A stretch of 64,000 nucleotides of DNA from Eledone cirrhosa (lineage: Eukaryota), in the NCBI GenBank assembly GCA_964016885.1, contig OZ024742.1, positions 216,690,001-216,754,000 on the forward strand, in the 5' to 3' direction. Below are positions 30,385 through 43,825 of the stretch, piece after piece. The notes beneath the pieces are model-generated. The model was given only the letters and a program-made list of their open reading frames with translations. It did not search any database and had not been told where the DNA came from. The position numbers and the translations under genes were made by a program. Every line of letters begins with the position of its first letter. Within the stretch, counting starts at the first letter, position 1.

Positions 30385-30458
30385 TAGGGTGTCCCAAAAT
30401 ATATATACACTCTTCAACAGCATTGTAATCAAAGTGTATATACATTTTTTAGGAGACC

Positions 30459-30461
<3 letters not shown>
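30385..30461. mobile_element. Very short Tc1/mariner-like MITE
   Basis: Imperfect ~27-bp TIRs TAGGGTGTCCCAAAA..TATATACACT / AGTGTATATA..TTTTAGGAGACCCTG in a TA context. Confidence 0.6.
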
Positions 30462-30504
<43 letters not shown>

Positions 30505-31299
30505 TTGCGTGTGAATATATACACATATATATATATAAACAGGTACTTCATTCCTTTACTTCATGCACACATATATATATGTATGTGTGTGTCTCTCTGT
30601 GTGTTTGTGTGTTTGTGTGTGTGCGTGCGTGTGCGTGCGGGCGTGTGTGTGTGTGTGTTCGTGCGCGCGCATGTATTTATTTACATATATTAGATGCAAT
30701 GTGTGAGAACTTTAATGTACATTCGAGGACTTCTTGTAAATTATATTCCATAAGATCAGGAATAATGTGTTCAAATTGCCTTTAGCCATAACACGGCTCC
30801 TGAAATTGCTCACCAAATATATCGCGTCTTTATGTTGGACTTCATAATTCGTATTCTTTTGGGAAACACATTATTTATTTTTCATTTCTTTTTTCCTAAC
30901 GTATTTGGTTGTCGCCAGGAAAACTTTACAGAAATATGCACTTACTATCGACGTGGTTAGATAAGAATAATCATTCTAACGTCTTAATCTCGTTATTATG
31001 TTTAGTTATGTTGCTATTTGAAGTAAGAAACTACCAAGTTGTTTACTTATTTATTTATTTACTCATTTATTTTTCCTTTTATCAGATTCCTGTTTCAATC
31101 GTTTTATTTTCTTTCCAGATTCTTCAGGGTCTGTTGGTGGGGTTTCGGATTTTCATAAACGCCTAATCTTAGCTATGATCTTACAAAATTCATCAGAATG
31201 AGAGATAAGTCTCCCTCTTGGATAGAACACTAATACATTTCAAGTTGTTGTTGTTGACGGGGCGAGCTGGGGAGGATGATTTTCTGGTGGTAGAGTGTT

Positions 31300-31560
31300 G
31301 GTGATGGTTGTGGTGGTGACGGTGTGGTGGTGGGTAAGATGACAGTGGGGGGAGGGGTTGTTGATAACGGCGGCGGCAGTGATGGTGGAGGTGGGGTGGT
31401 TGTGTTTGTGGCGGTGGTGGTGATGGTGGTGGTGCTGGTGCTGGTGGTGGTGCTGGTGCTGCTGGTGCTGGTGCTGGTGCTGCTGGTGCTGGTGCTGGTG
31501 CTGGTGATGATGGTGGTGATGGTGGTGGTGGTGGTGGTGGAGGTGGTGTTGATGGTTGCT
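31300..31560. repeat. (GGT/GCT)n low-complexity tract
   Basis: Read directly. Confidence 0.9.
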
Positions 31561-31718
31561 GTTTTGTTGTTATCTTTCAGTTTCACGTCAACATGGCTTG
31601 AACTTTAATTAAATGTGTTCTAGCCGTGACTATCCAGTCCATTTTTCAAACATTGATCCTCTAGGACTACACTATCTGATATGTACATCCTCATTTAAAA
31701 TGGTAGAATATTATTTGA

Positions 31719-31856
31719 AGTTACGTCCCTTTACGATCTGAGTTCAAATCCCGCCGAGGTTGACTTTGCCTTTCATCCTTACGGGGTCGATAAAATAAAG
31801 TACCAGTAATGCACTGGGTAATTGCTGGCCTTGTGCCTAAAGTAGAAACAATTATT
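31719..31856 (+). mobile_element. 5'-truncated major SINE with TSD ATTATTTGAAG
   Basis: Direct repeats at 31710-31720 and 31851-31861. Confidence 0.9.
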
Positions 31857-32689
31857 TGAAGGTGATTTACTTTGTTATTTCTTGTAGGTCGAGGATCAAT
31901 TCACATTCTCTGTGGTTGCCTTGATGTTATTATTGTTGTGGGCAACACAGTCAACGTTATTTATGGCCCTGATTGGCACTGACTAAGCATATCTGTAAGT
32001 CTTACCTTTTTTAAGACGATAGCATATATTTCGATGGAAATTGACTACTATTGATTGGAGGAATAAGAAACCGGAACCCTTGCTTGATAGGAGCCCTGTC
32101 ACTGAAGACCCTCCTGCTGCCAGTTCGCCCCGTCACGAGTTTCCGCCTAGTGTTTTAAGTAATATCTGTAGGTACCTTTATGCTGGCGTCTAACCACAAA
32201 ATGACCAGTGTCGTTTGGAGTTTATTAAACCTTCCCAAACGTATAGAGAAAATTCATTGAATATGAAATCTGAAATCAATTACTGTGAAGCTGATAGTCA
32301 AATATGTTAATCATTTAGTCTTCGTTGCTTCTACTTTGTTATTTAATATGAAGTGATTGCCGTCTCTTCCTCACAATTTTCACTTCATATCCTGGCACCA
32401 CTTAGCAACAATTCAGAGTAGTTAAAGAATCACGCAAGTGACATTAAAGAAAGAATTTGACTCAAGCGAGGAAACTTTAATAACATAATTATTTTATTTT
32501 TGTTTTTAATTTGGATTGGTCCGTTATATTTCAAATTATGAGATGGTGTTTTAACAAAAACGAGCACAAAACAAAAGGCTTAATGGCATTTATGTTCCGA
32601 TTTCAAACGCTGCCATGAATAAATAAAGTATAACTCAAAGAGGGATCGATTAAACTGACTATAAGTGTATACCCACGTGATAAAGTAAA

Positions 32690-34090
32690 ATGATATTGTA
32701 TTTTGTGGATTAACAGAATCATTAATGCTTTGGATAAAATACCTTGCGACAATTCTTCACGAATTCAAATCCTACAGAAATTAATTTTGCTTTTCATCTT
32801 TCCGGGATTGAATGAATGTGGCACCAATAAAGTACTACGGCCGATATAATTGACTATTCTCTTCGCCAATGTTTGCAGGCTTACGTTTAGGAAAGAAACC
32901 AATAAGAAGAATAGTCCTTAATTTAAGCACAGGGCAAACAATTTTGGAAGGGACACTTGATTAAATCAACCTCAGTACTTAACTGGTACATTATCTTATT
33001 CACTCTGTAAAGATGAATGGTAAATTTGGCTCCGGCAGAATTTATACCCAGTGCATACAGGGCCAGATAACATTCCACAGACCATTTTGTCTAACACCCT
33101 AACAATACTGCAAATCCATCGCTCTGAGAGAATCAATCTACCACTGAACAAAAATACTTCACAGTATTTAGATATTTTACCTTCACCCGTTTGAGTTCAA
33201 ATGTTTACACAGTTAAATTTGCTTTTCATTATTTCGCATTAATGAGATAAGTACCAGTTAGATATTGTCGTTAGCTAAGTCGACTTTCATTCCTCCTTTC
33301 GCAATCTTGTCAGCTTGCATTGAATCTAGAACTCAATATTAGCAAATTTAGAGAATCGGTAGAGCGGCACAATAAATGCCATTAATCCGTCTTTTTATAA
33401 GACGGATTAATGGCATTATAAGTACCAGTCAAGTACTGGGTGCAACCTGATCAAATGTACCAATCCCTTATATTTGAGATATTGTGCTTAAGTTACAAAA
33501 CATTTACAAAATATTTAATAATAGTATTTGGATGGAACTTTGCAGAATGCTTGTTGATATTTAAATATGTACATTTACCTTCTTAGATTCATCAGACGCT
33601 TCACTCTTCTATGGTTCCTTCCTACAAATCGTGTGGCCTTCAACCTATATTAGAGACAAATATTTATTTCTAATAATCGATGCAATCGACTATGGAGCTT
33701 TGCGATAATTTTCTCACCTTGCTCCAGTGTATGAAGTCATTATTATCCCATCTCTAGATTATACAATCGGTAGAACGCCAGAAGAAAAAGTGTTTGTCAG
33801 TATTTCGTTATGTTTTTTTCCGCGCTGGGCTGAAAGCCCGCCAGGATTGACTTTGCTTTTCATCCTTCAAGAATCGATAAAATGAGGGCTTAGTTAGCTA
33901 CTGAAATCGATTTAATTGACTCTACTCCCGTACTTATGTTCTTCAGCCATCTGCCATTATCAGAAATCATTATTCCAAGAGTCAAGGTCTTTGGATAATA
34001 GATTTGGTAAACAACAGTTAAGATACTTTATAGCATTTAGTAAGGTATTTTTTATTCTGAGTTCAAATTTTGACCCAATCGAACAGTTTT
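32690..34090. mobile_element. Cluster of old diverged SINE copies in both orientations
   Basis: Recurring degenerate TTCAAAT, TTTGCTTTTCATC and AAGTACCAGT blocks. Confidence 0.65.
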
Positions 34091-34187
34091 TGTATCCTTT
34101 CAGAATAATAGAAACAATCCCTGCAATATTCTTATATACCTGTATGTTTCATGATGGAAAGTTTTGCTTCATTATTTGTTGGTAGGA

Positions 34188-34376
34188 CGGTGGATTGGCA
34201 GTATCGGTAGAGGGTCGGATGCCATGCTTTCCAGCATAGTTACGTCCCTTTACGATCTGAGTTCAAATCCCGCCGAGGTTGACTTTGCCTTTCATCCTTA
34301 CGGGGGTCGATAAAATAAAGTACCAGTAATGCACTGGATAATTGCTGGCCTTGTGCCTAAAGTAGAAACAATTATT
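34188..34376 (+). mobile_element. Full-length major SINE (short form) with 19-bp TSD
   Basis: A-box-like TGGCAGTATCGG, B-box GAGTTCAAATCC; TSD 34171-34189 / 34371-34389. Confidence 0.93.
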
Positions 34377-34677
34377 AGTTGGTAGGACGCGATAAAGCAA
34401 CAACAAAAACGTTTTCTCCTGGGTTCTAACTTAGTTGAGGATTTACAGAAAACTACCAGATTTCGATCGAGGAGCAACGTTGGATACTGTTTAGTACCAG
34501 TGTCGATCAAATATGTCCCAGCATTTGTTCGATACTCATACATATTTTATTGATCTCGGAAGGATGAAAGTCAAAGTTGACCTGAGTGAATTTGCAAGTA
34601 AACCTTAGAAAGCTGGCAGTCTAATGACTGAATCATAGATCACACTCCTTGTGGCATTTTGTCAATGTTACAATTGA

Positions 34678-34776
<99 letters not shown>

Positions 34777-34805
34777 AATAGACAGACAGATAGACAGAGA
34801 CAAAC

Positions 34806-35380
<575 letters not shown>

Positions 35381-35389
35381 TACATCTTA

Positions 35390-35664
35390 GGACAGAAATA
35401 CTGAGTCTATTTTACAAGCAAGGCCCACCGACAGAGGATCCAGGGTTTGTCCATGATTAATAAAGTTGATCAGTTAGTCTCGCTTGAGGATTCAACCGGA
35501 ACATTTGGGGATCGCTGACTCTGATACAACTCATTGGAAGACAGGGCTAGTATCCCTTCCCCATGTATGTCTTATGAACCGGTGGGCGAAGAAGAAGAAG
35601 AAGAAGAAGAAGAAGAAGAAGAAGAAGAAGAAGAAGAAGAAGAAGAAGAAGAAAAAGAAGAAGA
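35390..35664 (+). mobile_element. Degraded LINE 3' end with (GAA)n tail
   Basis: LRIQPEHLGIADSDTTHWK aligns with LGIQPDQLETAASDRTHWK at 37542-37790 (minus); both end GTGGGCGAA + GAA repeats. Confidence 0.7.
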
Positions 35665-36214
35665 TTTAGATGGAAGTATATATAAGTCTCTGTGTATGTT
35701 TGTGTGTACCTGTGTGTGATATGCGTGTGTGTGTTTATTTGTGTGTGTATGTGTGTGTGTATATGTGTGTATATCCGCGGGCGTGTGTGTGTGTGTGCGT
35801 GTGTGTGCGCGTGTGTGTGTGTGTAAAAGCTTGTGAAAACTCTTGTCATCGTTGAGTTTTAAACCAAGAATATTAACCATGCACTCAATCAATCAATGAT
35901 ACACTGTGATGTCTAATGCACTCAGATGAATCTTTCGAGAGGTAGCATAACATACGTCACACATCAATTTCAAGAAAATGTAGTCATACAAATGTATATG
36001 TATATATATACATGTATGTATATATATACATACATGTATATACATTACATATATATATATATACAGAGAGATAGAGAGACATGAGACATTCTGCAATTAT
36101 TATAGAAAGTGATGACGTTTCCATACATACAATCATACATACATACATACATACATACATACATACATACATACATACATACATACATACATACATACAT
36201 ACATACATACATAC

Positions 36215-36508
36215 ATAATGGCTGCAACTTGATTTCGAGTAATGCCATCGCTTGATACATAAGTATGAGGATCACAGAAGTTGCTTTTTAGTCCTGCTAG
36301 GGACTTGTCACATATCAAGCGATGCCTGTGCTTGAAGCTTTTTTTAAGTGAGGAAAGGGCTTTGCTGCAGGGGGCCAATCCTATTCTGTGAACATCGAAT
36401 GCATTTACCCAAAAAGAAGAACTGGTCTACATCATTGGATGCAAACGAGGTCGAAGGATTTATCAGAGTGACTTTCTCTTAGAGAGATGTCTTAAGACTA
36501 GGTGACTC
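36215..36508 (-). mobile_element. RTE derivative, subfamily 3 fragment
   Basis: Diverged match to the adjacent subfamily 1 copy (TTTTTAGTCC, TGCCTGTGC.TGAAGCTTTT, CCAAAAAGAAGAAC); (ATGT)n tail. Confidence 0.65.
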
Positions 36509-36538
36509 GCGTTAAAAAAAAAAAATGTACAGAAATAC

Positions 36539-36923
36539 ATGGTGGCTGCCAACTCGTTTTCGAGTACGGCCACTACTTTATATCCATGTAGGAGAACCCC
36601 TACCGATGCGCTGAACGAGTGTGACTTTTTAGTCCAGCCAGCGACTTGAAAACTCTGGTACAAACACTACACTTGTGACAATTATTGACACATAGTGCTG
36701 GGCCCATGGTACCATGTGACAACAAGTGCAGAGAGATCTCCAGATATAAAGCAATGCCGTGCCGTGAAGCTTTTATAGTGAGCAAAGGCACTGCACAAAG
36801 CCAGTCCCACTCTCTTAACCAAGATGATATTTACCAAAAAGAAGAACAAGTCAACATCATTGGATACCATCAGGGATGCAGGTGTTATATCAGAGTTTTC
36901 CTTCTCCTAGAATTCTGCCTTGA
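36539..36923 (-). mobile_element. RTE derivative subfamily 1, 5'-truncated
   Basis: Near-identical to 40936-41320. Confidence 0.88.
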
Positions 36924-37541
36924 CATACATACATACATACATACATACATACATACATACATACATACATACATACATACATACATACATACATACATGG
37001 TGGCTGCCAACTCTCTTAACCAAGATAATATATACTTACATACATGCAAACTTAATTCACATTATCAAGAACACAAATGTTACAATTCATCATATAAACA
37101 TTTATATACACGTAGCAAAGATGGAACTCCTGTGTAGTTGATCACCATGTTACAAACCTCCGTCAAATAGTATAAGGTGGTAGGAAGAGGGGGAGAAGTA
37201 TGATCATGTCCTAAAAATGCAGCGCCCGAGAGGAAATTGAGATAGTCTTAGCTGGAATGGCTTTAATCATAAATCCATCAGTCAGGGGCTGGATACAATA
37301 AACAAGAACAAGCAAATATATTAGATAATATTGACATAAACGCATGATAACTTAAAAAAATAGGAAGGCTAGGCCTATAATGTCTGTTCATAGGCTTGGT
37401 AATCGGAGTTAGTCACGGTATATAATCGACATTATCTATATTGTCCAAAGTTTTGATTAGCTGATCTTAATCGAGTTGTTTCCCTTGCTTCTAGGTTAGG
37501 TTTCTTTATAGATTGTAAAGGCATATACAGGTCTGAATAAT

Positions 37542-37555
37542 TTCTTCTTCTTCTT

Positions 37556-37586
<31 letters not shown>

Positions 37587-37790
37587 TTCGCCCACATATT
37601 CCTGAGAGGGTTGTGGGTTCAGAGTCCTCAAACACTCCTTCCAGTGGGTCCTGTCAGAAGCAGCCGTCTCCAACTGATCCGGCTGGATCCCCAAGTGAGA
37701 CCAGCCGAGCTCATGGATATTATCCAACCATCTTACTCCGGATCTGTCCCTAGGTCTCTTGCATGTTGGTTTAGCTCATATTGTCCAAAA
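37542..37790 (-). mobile_element. RTE-like LINE 3' end with (GAA)n tail
   Basis: Minus strand reads RWLDNIHELGWSHLGIQPDQLETAASDRTHWKECLRTLNPQPSQEYVGE*, then GAA repeats. Confidence 0.75.
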
Positions 37791-40700
37791 TTGTCCAACT
37801 GTCTAAACTACAATGTTTATATTTAGTAGGCAGAACGCTCCCTTGCGATATTTTCTCACAGACATTTTGTTGTTCAAAGACTCAAATATTTACATTTAGA
37901 CAATCCGTCAACAATGACGTCAACAACATTACTGTTTCAAAGTCAATAGAAAAAATAACATAATGTATTTAAAATGTACCATTTTTATTTTCATAGTCGT
38001 TTTAAAAGAGGAAAAACAAAGAATTTGAATAAAAATCAATAGAAAGATAAACCATTTTGAAACAAGATTTTCTACAAAGTTCGTAATTTCATTTGGTTTT
38101 CTAGTTGGTAACATCTGCTTAGTTTTAATTTCATATTTCAAAATCTAGTTTTAGAGATGTGGTTATATAACACTACTTCTTAAGGAAAGACATAGCTTTT
38201 ATTGTAACAACAAACAGAACTTTCATTGAGATAGTTTACAACACTATATTTGCTATTCTGTAACATCCCATAACTGCGTTCTTAGCCCAACCATTGATTA
38301 ATCTGACATCTTGTATGTCTTTATCAGTATTCCTTTCTCAATTCTCTCCTTTTTAATAGGGTTGTTTAATTTGGCTTTTTATTTTACTGTCTAGTTAGAG
38401 AGTGAAGGGTTATGCCCATGGCACTTCACAGAACCTCTAAGACTGCTGTGGAGAATGATGCAAAAGATATACTAAAAATGGTCATCACACCCGTCATAAC
38501 ACTTGTCACCACTGATCTGCCATCTTTACATTGATTCCCCACCTAATAAGTTCACTCATCATTACTGTTTCGCCATCACACCGCTGATCCCCCATTTCGC
38601 TATATATTAGTCATTAATTCTACAATGATATGCTAATTCACAATTAGTATTATCACTCCATTGATCTATATTTTAGACGTTGATTAAGTTCATTACCATA
38701 GATTTAGCTTTCGTTTCACCATTTAACTGCCATCACTGATCTATAACTCTAATTTTCATTAAATCGTCTCTTAAACCGTTGCTTTTCATACCTACCAATG
38801 AACGTCTATTATAATATTGATCTGTCATAGCATCATAAAATCGTCAATCTATTTCTCTACCATTGATCTGCCATCCATAGCAGCTTATATCAACTACCCT
38901 AACGTTAATGTAGTATTCAGCTATATATTTGTTTGTTCGATATACCATCGATCTACAATCCACGTTCCCAGCATTCATATTTCCCCATATTATTTAAATA
39001 TCTTCAAAACTCTGAATTTAATCTGTTCTACTGCGGTTGGTCTAATCTACCTTTCCAACAAACGTATATTTACCTTTGATCTACTGTTTGGTTGTTGCTC
39101 TAGTTCTTCCATCGAACATTTAATACATAGAGCATACCCAATCCACTTTGCATTTCATTTCTAGCTCAATAGATTGGTATAAATGTGTTGTTAATTCTTT
39201 ATGTGTGTGATAGAGAGAGTGAGATTGAGAAAGAGAGTGGTTTGTGAATGTGTCACTGTATCACTACCCCTTTTTTGCTTCCATTTCTCTTTGTCTATCT
39301 TTATATGACGTGTGTTAATGTAGCTGCGTACCTGCGTGTAGGTGTATATGTGTGTACGTGTATATGTGGGGACACGATAAGTAAAGGTAAACTCACGCCG
39401 CACGGAGTACACGTTCGCTTTCAATTTATTTTTCTAAGCAGTCCACTCTGTTATTTCTCCATGCATAACTTCGTCAACTTATAATTGTATAAAACCAGTA
39501 TACACATACACACATATATATATATATACACCCACACGCACGCCCGCACGTTCACACCCATGTATATATGCACCCATGTATGTGTGTATGTGTTTGTGTG
39601 TGTTTGTGTATCTGCCTAGTGCTCAAAAATGAAAGAACAATATATTATGAGTCGGTAGTGAATTCCTCAAAAAGTATAGCTTTCCCAGCGACTCCCATAT
39701 GGCCTCAGAATTGCTGATTTGGCGCTCTGCATATCAAAAGAATTGTATTCATGGATATGTTTTCTGCTAAAGCTAATGTAGCGCTAATATTACGGTACGC
39801 TAACCCTGATAAAATCTACAGCGTCATCCCTTAAAAAAAACTGGGATTGTGTATCCGAGATAAATATAGATACGATTTCTGTTAGTGAGTTCATTCATAC
39901 GTTTCAGTATAAGGAATAACGGTGGAACATTACCATCAAAACGTCTTCCAAATGCTAACACAGCTTTCTTTTAATATCAGCGAGAAAGTGAATATTTATG
40001 GACAACTGTTTCGAAAACAAGAGCTTTCCTATCCAAATTATATTTACAAGTGTTTCTGTTTAAAAGTACGCTTGGCTATATAATTAGTGTATATGGACAG
40101 GCTGGAACATTACAACGGTCTTGTCCAAGTTAATACTAAGTTCAAATACGTTATAGGATACAGAAATACAATACATAATAATTTGCCTAGCTCTTTTAAT
40201 GTGTGAAACAAAGCTTCAATCATCTGTCTGCATAACGGAGGTCACAAATAAGACTTTGAAAGACTTCCACACTGCCACCACAGCACTGGAAGTTAAAGAA
40301 GTGACCAGGCGATTGCTGCTTTGTATATATCCTAGCTAGAAGATCAATCAAGGACAAAAGCATGAGCAACACATAGAGAGAATTGAGCCAAATATATCAC
40401 TCTGCTTGACAACATTTTAAACAGGAATCATCCCAACGTGTTCCCACTGACATTAACTATATATGGAGAGTATTTTCCATGGAAATGCCCTATTCACTGT
40501 GACAAATGTTTTTGTCACAGGACAATACCAGTGTTTTGCTCGTAGCACTTCTGTATCTGTCTTATTGCATAAAGCATATTCATTGTTCTTCTGTCAGAAT
40601 GGAAACCACACTGAGTTCAAGAAGGACATCAATTAGAAGGGTTTTATCTAGGCAAGCAAGAAGATATTTGCCAAACACTTGCCAAGAGCAAGCTGCGATG

Positions 40701-40935
40701 GTTGCCACACTTTCTTCTAATACAATTCTCTCTATAACGATGAAACTAAATTGAATCTTTCCTGACTGCACTAATAGGTTTATGAAAATAACGTGATACG
40801 AATGTCTCCAAAACGCAAGACCTCGGTGTAAATTCCATTTCCACCAGTGTCCTTAGAAAGATTCAATTTATTCACTGTCTTTGCTACCTACTTAACTACT
40901 TTCCAACCTACCTACCTACCTACCTACATACATAC

Positions 40936-41543
40936 ATGGTGGCTGCCAACTCGTTTTCGAGTACGGCCACTACTTTATATCCATGTAGGAGAACTCCTAC
41001 CGATGCGCTCAACGAGTGTGACTTTTTAGTCCAGCCAGCGACTTGAAAACTCTGGTACAAACACTACACTTGTGACAATTATTGACACATAGTGCTGGGC
41101 CCATGGTACCATGTGACGACAAGTGCAGAGAGATCTCCAGATATAAAGCAATGCCGTGCCGTGAAGCTTTTATAGTGAGCAAAGGCACTGCACAAAGCCA
41201 GTCCCACTCTCTTAACCAAGATGATATTTACCAAAAAGAAGAACAAGTCAACATCATTGGATACCATTAGGGTTGCAGGTGTTATATCAGAGTTTTACTT
41301 CTAGAATTCTGCCTTGAAAAAGGCTAAGGGGTCATCTCTCCCGGTGATTTTTTGGATGGCCATTGACTCTTAAGAGCTCCTTTGCCCTTTGACAGGTTTT
41401 GTTTTTAGTCCTGCAAGATGTCCAATGTCACCCTCCTCACCAAGAAACCTTGGTGGGATTGCCAGTTTAGTCGCCAACGACCCGACCATGAGACAGGTTG
41501 TACTGGGATACATGTTACCAGTAGCACCAACTGGTAACCTGAC
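40936..41543 (-). mobile_element. Apparently full-length (~610 bp) bipartite non-autonomous RTE derivative; a further 3' fragment at 41620-41821
   Basis: RTE-type 5'UTR (GGCGACTAAA, CCCCTTAGCC..TCAAGGCAG..CTAG..AAAACTCTGA) joined to the 3' zinc-finger end and tail with no RT. Confidence 0.8.
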
Positions 41544-42896
41544 ATACATACATACATACATACATACATACATACATACATACATACATACATACATACA
41601 TACATACATGCATGCATATATGGTGGCTGCCAACTCGTTTTCGAGTACGGCCACTACTTTATATCCATGTAGGAAAACCCCTACCGATGCGCTGAACGAG
41701 TGTGACTTTTTAGTCCAGCTAGCGACTTGAAAACTCTGTTACAAACACTACACTTGTGACAATTATTGACACATAGTGCTGGGCCCATCGTACCATGTGA
41801 CGACAAGTGCAGAGAGATCTCGTATTGTCTAAATTATAATGATTTATAATTTAGAAAGAAGTTCAGAATTTTGCAGTGGGGTGGTTAAATCAACCCCAGT
41901 ACCTGTCAAGAACTGTTTTTTTTTTATTTTATCAAACACAAAAGGGTGAAAGGCAAAGCTTCCCTCGGTGGGATTTGAGCTCAGAACGTAAAGCCCCGTT
42001 ACTAAATATTGTTTCAATTATAATGAAAGAGACTTCCTCTGGGTGATCAATTTGAAAAAGTACAAGCATAAGAATATACATAAATGCAAAATGTCCTGTG
42101 TCCATACGTACATGCATATATATATTTACATACACGCATAAAAGGATGGTTGAATGAATGAATGGTGAGGTGGGTCTATGATTGTTTCATGCTGCTACAG
42201 AAGTTATCAGAAAACTTATTAACATTCACATTTTTATCCTGTCGGTTATCGATTCAAGAATCACAGCAGCCCACTTAAAGGTCCGCTTCTGTAAAGGAAA
42301 CAAAGAAAAAAAATATATATCGCAAACATCACTCCAATTCTTTTCTTTTCTGCACATTTTTTTGTATAGCATAACTTCATTGACTTCAGTTATGGTTATT
42401 AAGCTAAATATCAATCAACAATTGTAAAAATAGAAATAAATTGAATCAAGATTGGTCAGTTTGTTTCGTAGATTGAAAAAAAAAAAAGGAACACATATTT
42501 CCTATATACATTGGATTCATTTTATGCATTCCATAGAAAGTCTTTCATCCAGAAGTTACGGGTTTCCGTTATTTGTTTATTTTTATATTTTGTGTTTACT
42601 TCTCTAAGTTCCATTTTTTTATCCAGCCATTCCTTTGATTTTATCTTTTATTTCGCTCGGTGTTTCTATTTCGAAAACTAATCACAGAAATCCGTCTTGG
42701 TTGTTTTTCTCACCGTACCCGTCATCCACGTAAAATCATGGCATGCATTTAGAGTGGATTTCTCATCAACTTTCCACCATTTTCTCCTACATCCACACTA
42801 ATAGATAACATTCATGTACGTGCGATGAATAAAGTAAGCCGAATGGTTGTATATTTGAATACATATACATACGCACAAAGCACACACTTACACGCA

Positions 42897-42931
<35 letters not shown>

Positions 42932-42951
42932 AAGAAGAAATTAAAAGATGG

Positions 42952-43021
<70 letters not shown>

Positions 43022-43190
43022 GTATCTGTTAACGGAATATCTCACTTTTACACTAATGTAAAGATGGAATATCTAGTTAATAACAAAATACATATGGTAC
43101 CTATGCAATACAGTATTCCGTTTTATTTTTCATTTTTTATTTTTATTTTTTGCTTAATGTTACACATATATATATATAAATATATATATA

Positions 43191-43264
<74 letters not shown>

Positions 43265-43275
43265 TAAACGGAATA

Positions 43276-43322
<47 letters not shown>

Positions 43323-43684
43323 CGCATATATATATATATATATATCTATATATATATATATATATATACAGAATGAACGACGAAGACATGTGTTGAAGAA
43401 TGTCTCAAAGTGAGTAGGTAAGTATATGCATTATGTCGTTAACTTCGCCATTTCTGATCCGATCAGGAATACGTTGCGTCCTGTTTAATAGGAAAGATAA
43501 TGCAAACATTGTTTAACGTCTGCAATTGATGTGTATCCAATGTACTGGTCGTAAAATCGATTTTCACTCCACTGAAAATTAGACAAATATCAAACAAATG
43601 TATATATATTGATGTGTATGTGTATATATATACGTATATAACATATATATATATATATATATAAAATATGTTATATATATATGT

Positions 43685-43726
<42 letters not shown>

Positions 43727-43749
43727 TATGTTTATATATTTATATATTC

Positions 43750-43825
<76 letters not shown>

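Noticed and set aside
31230-31608. Mucin-like or transmembrane ORFs
   Set aside because: Products of GGT/GCT trinucleotide repeats.
41420-41543. HDV-like or twister ribozyme at the RTE derivative 5' end
   Set aside because: CUAA plus a possible P2 and a GGAGGG are present, but P1/P3/P1.1 or the twister loops could not be assembled.
43372-43417. RHVLKNVS resembling an ABC transporter N-terminus
   Set aside because: The acceptor lies in (TA)n, and no Walker A exon was found downstream.
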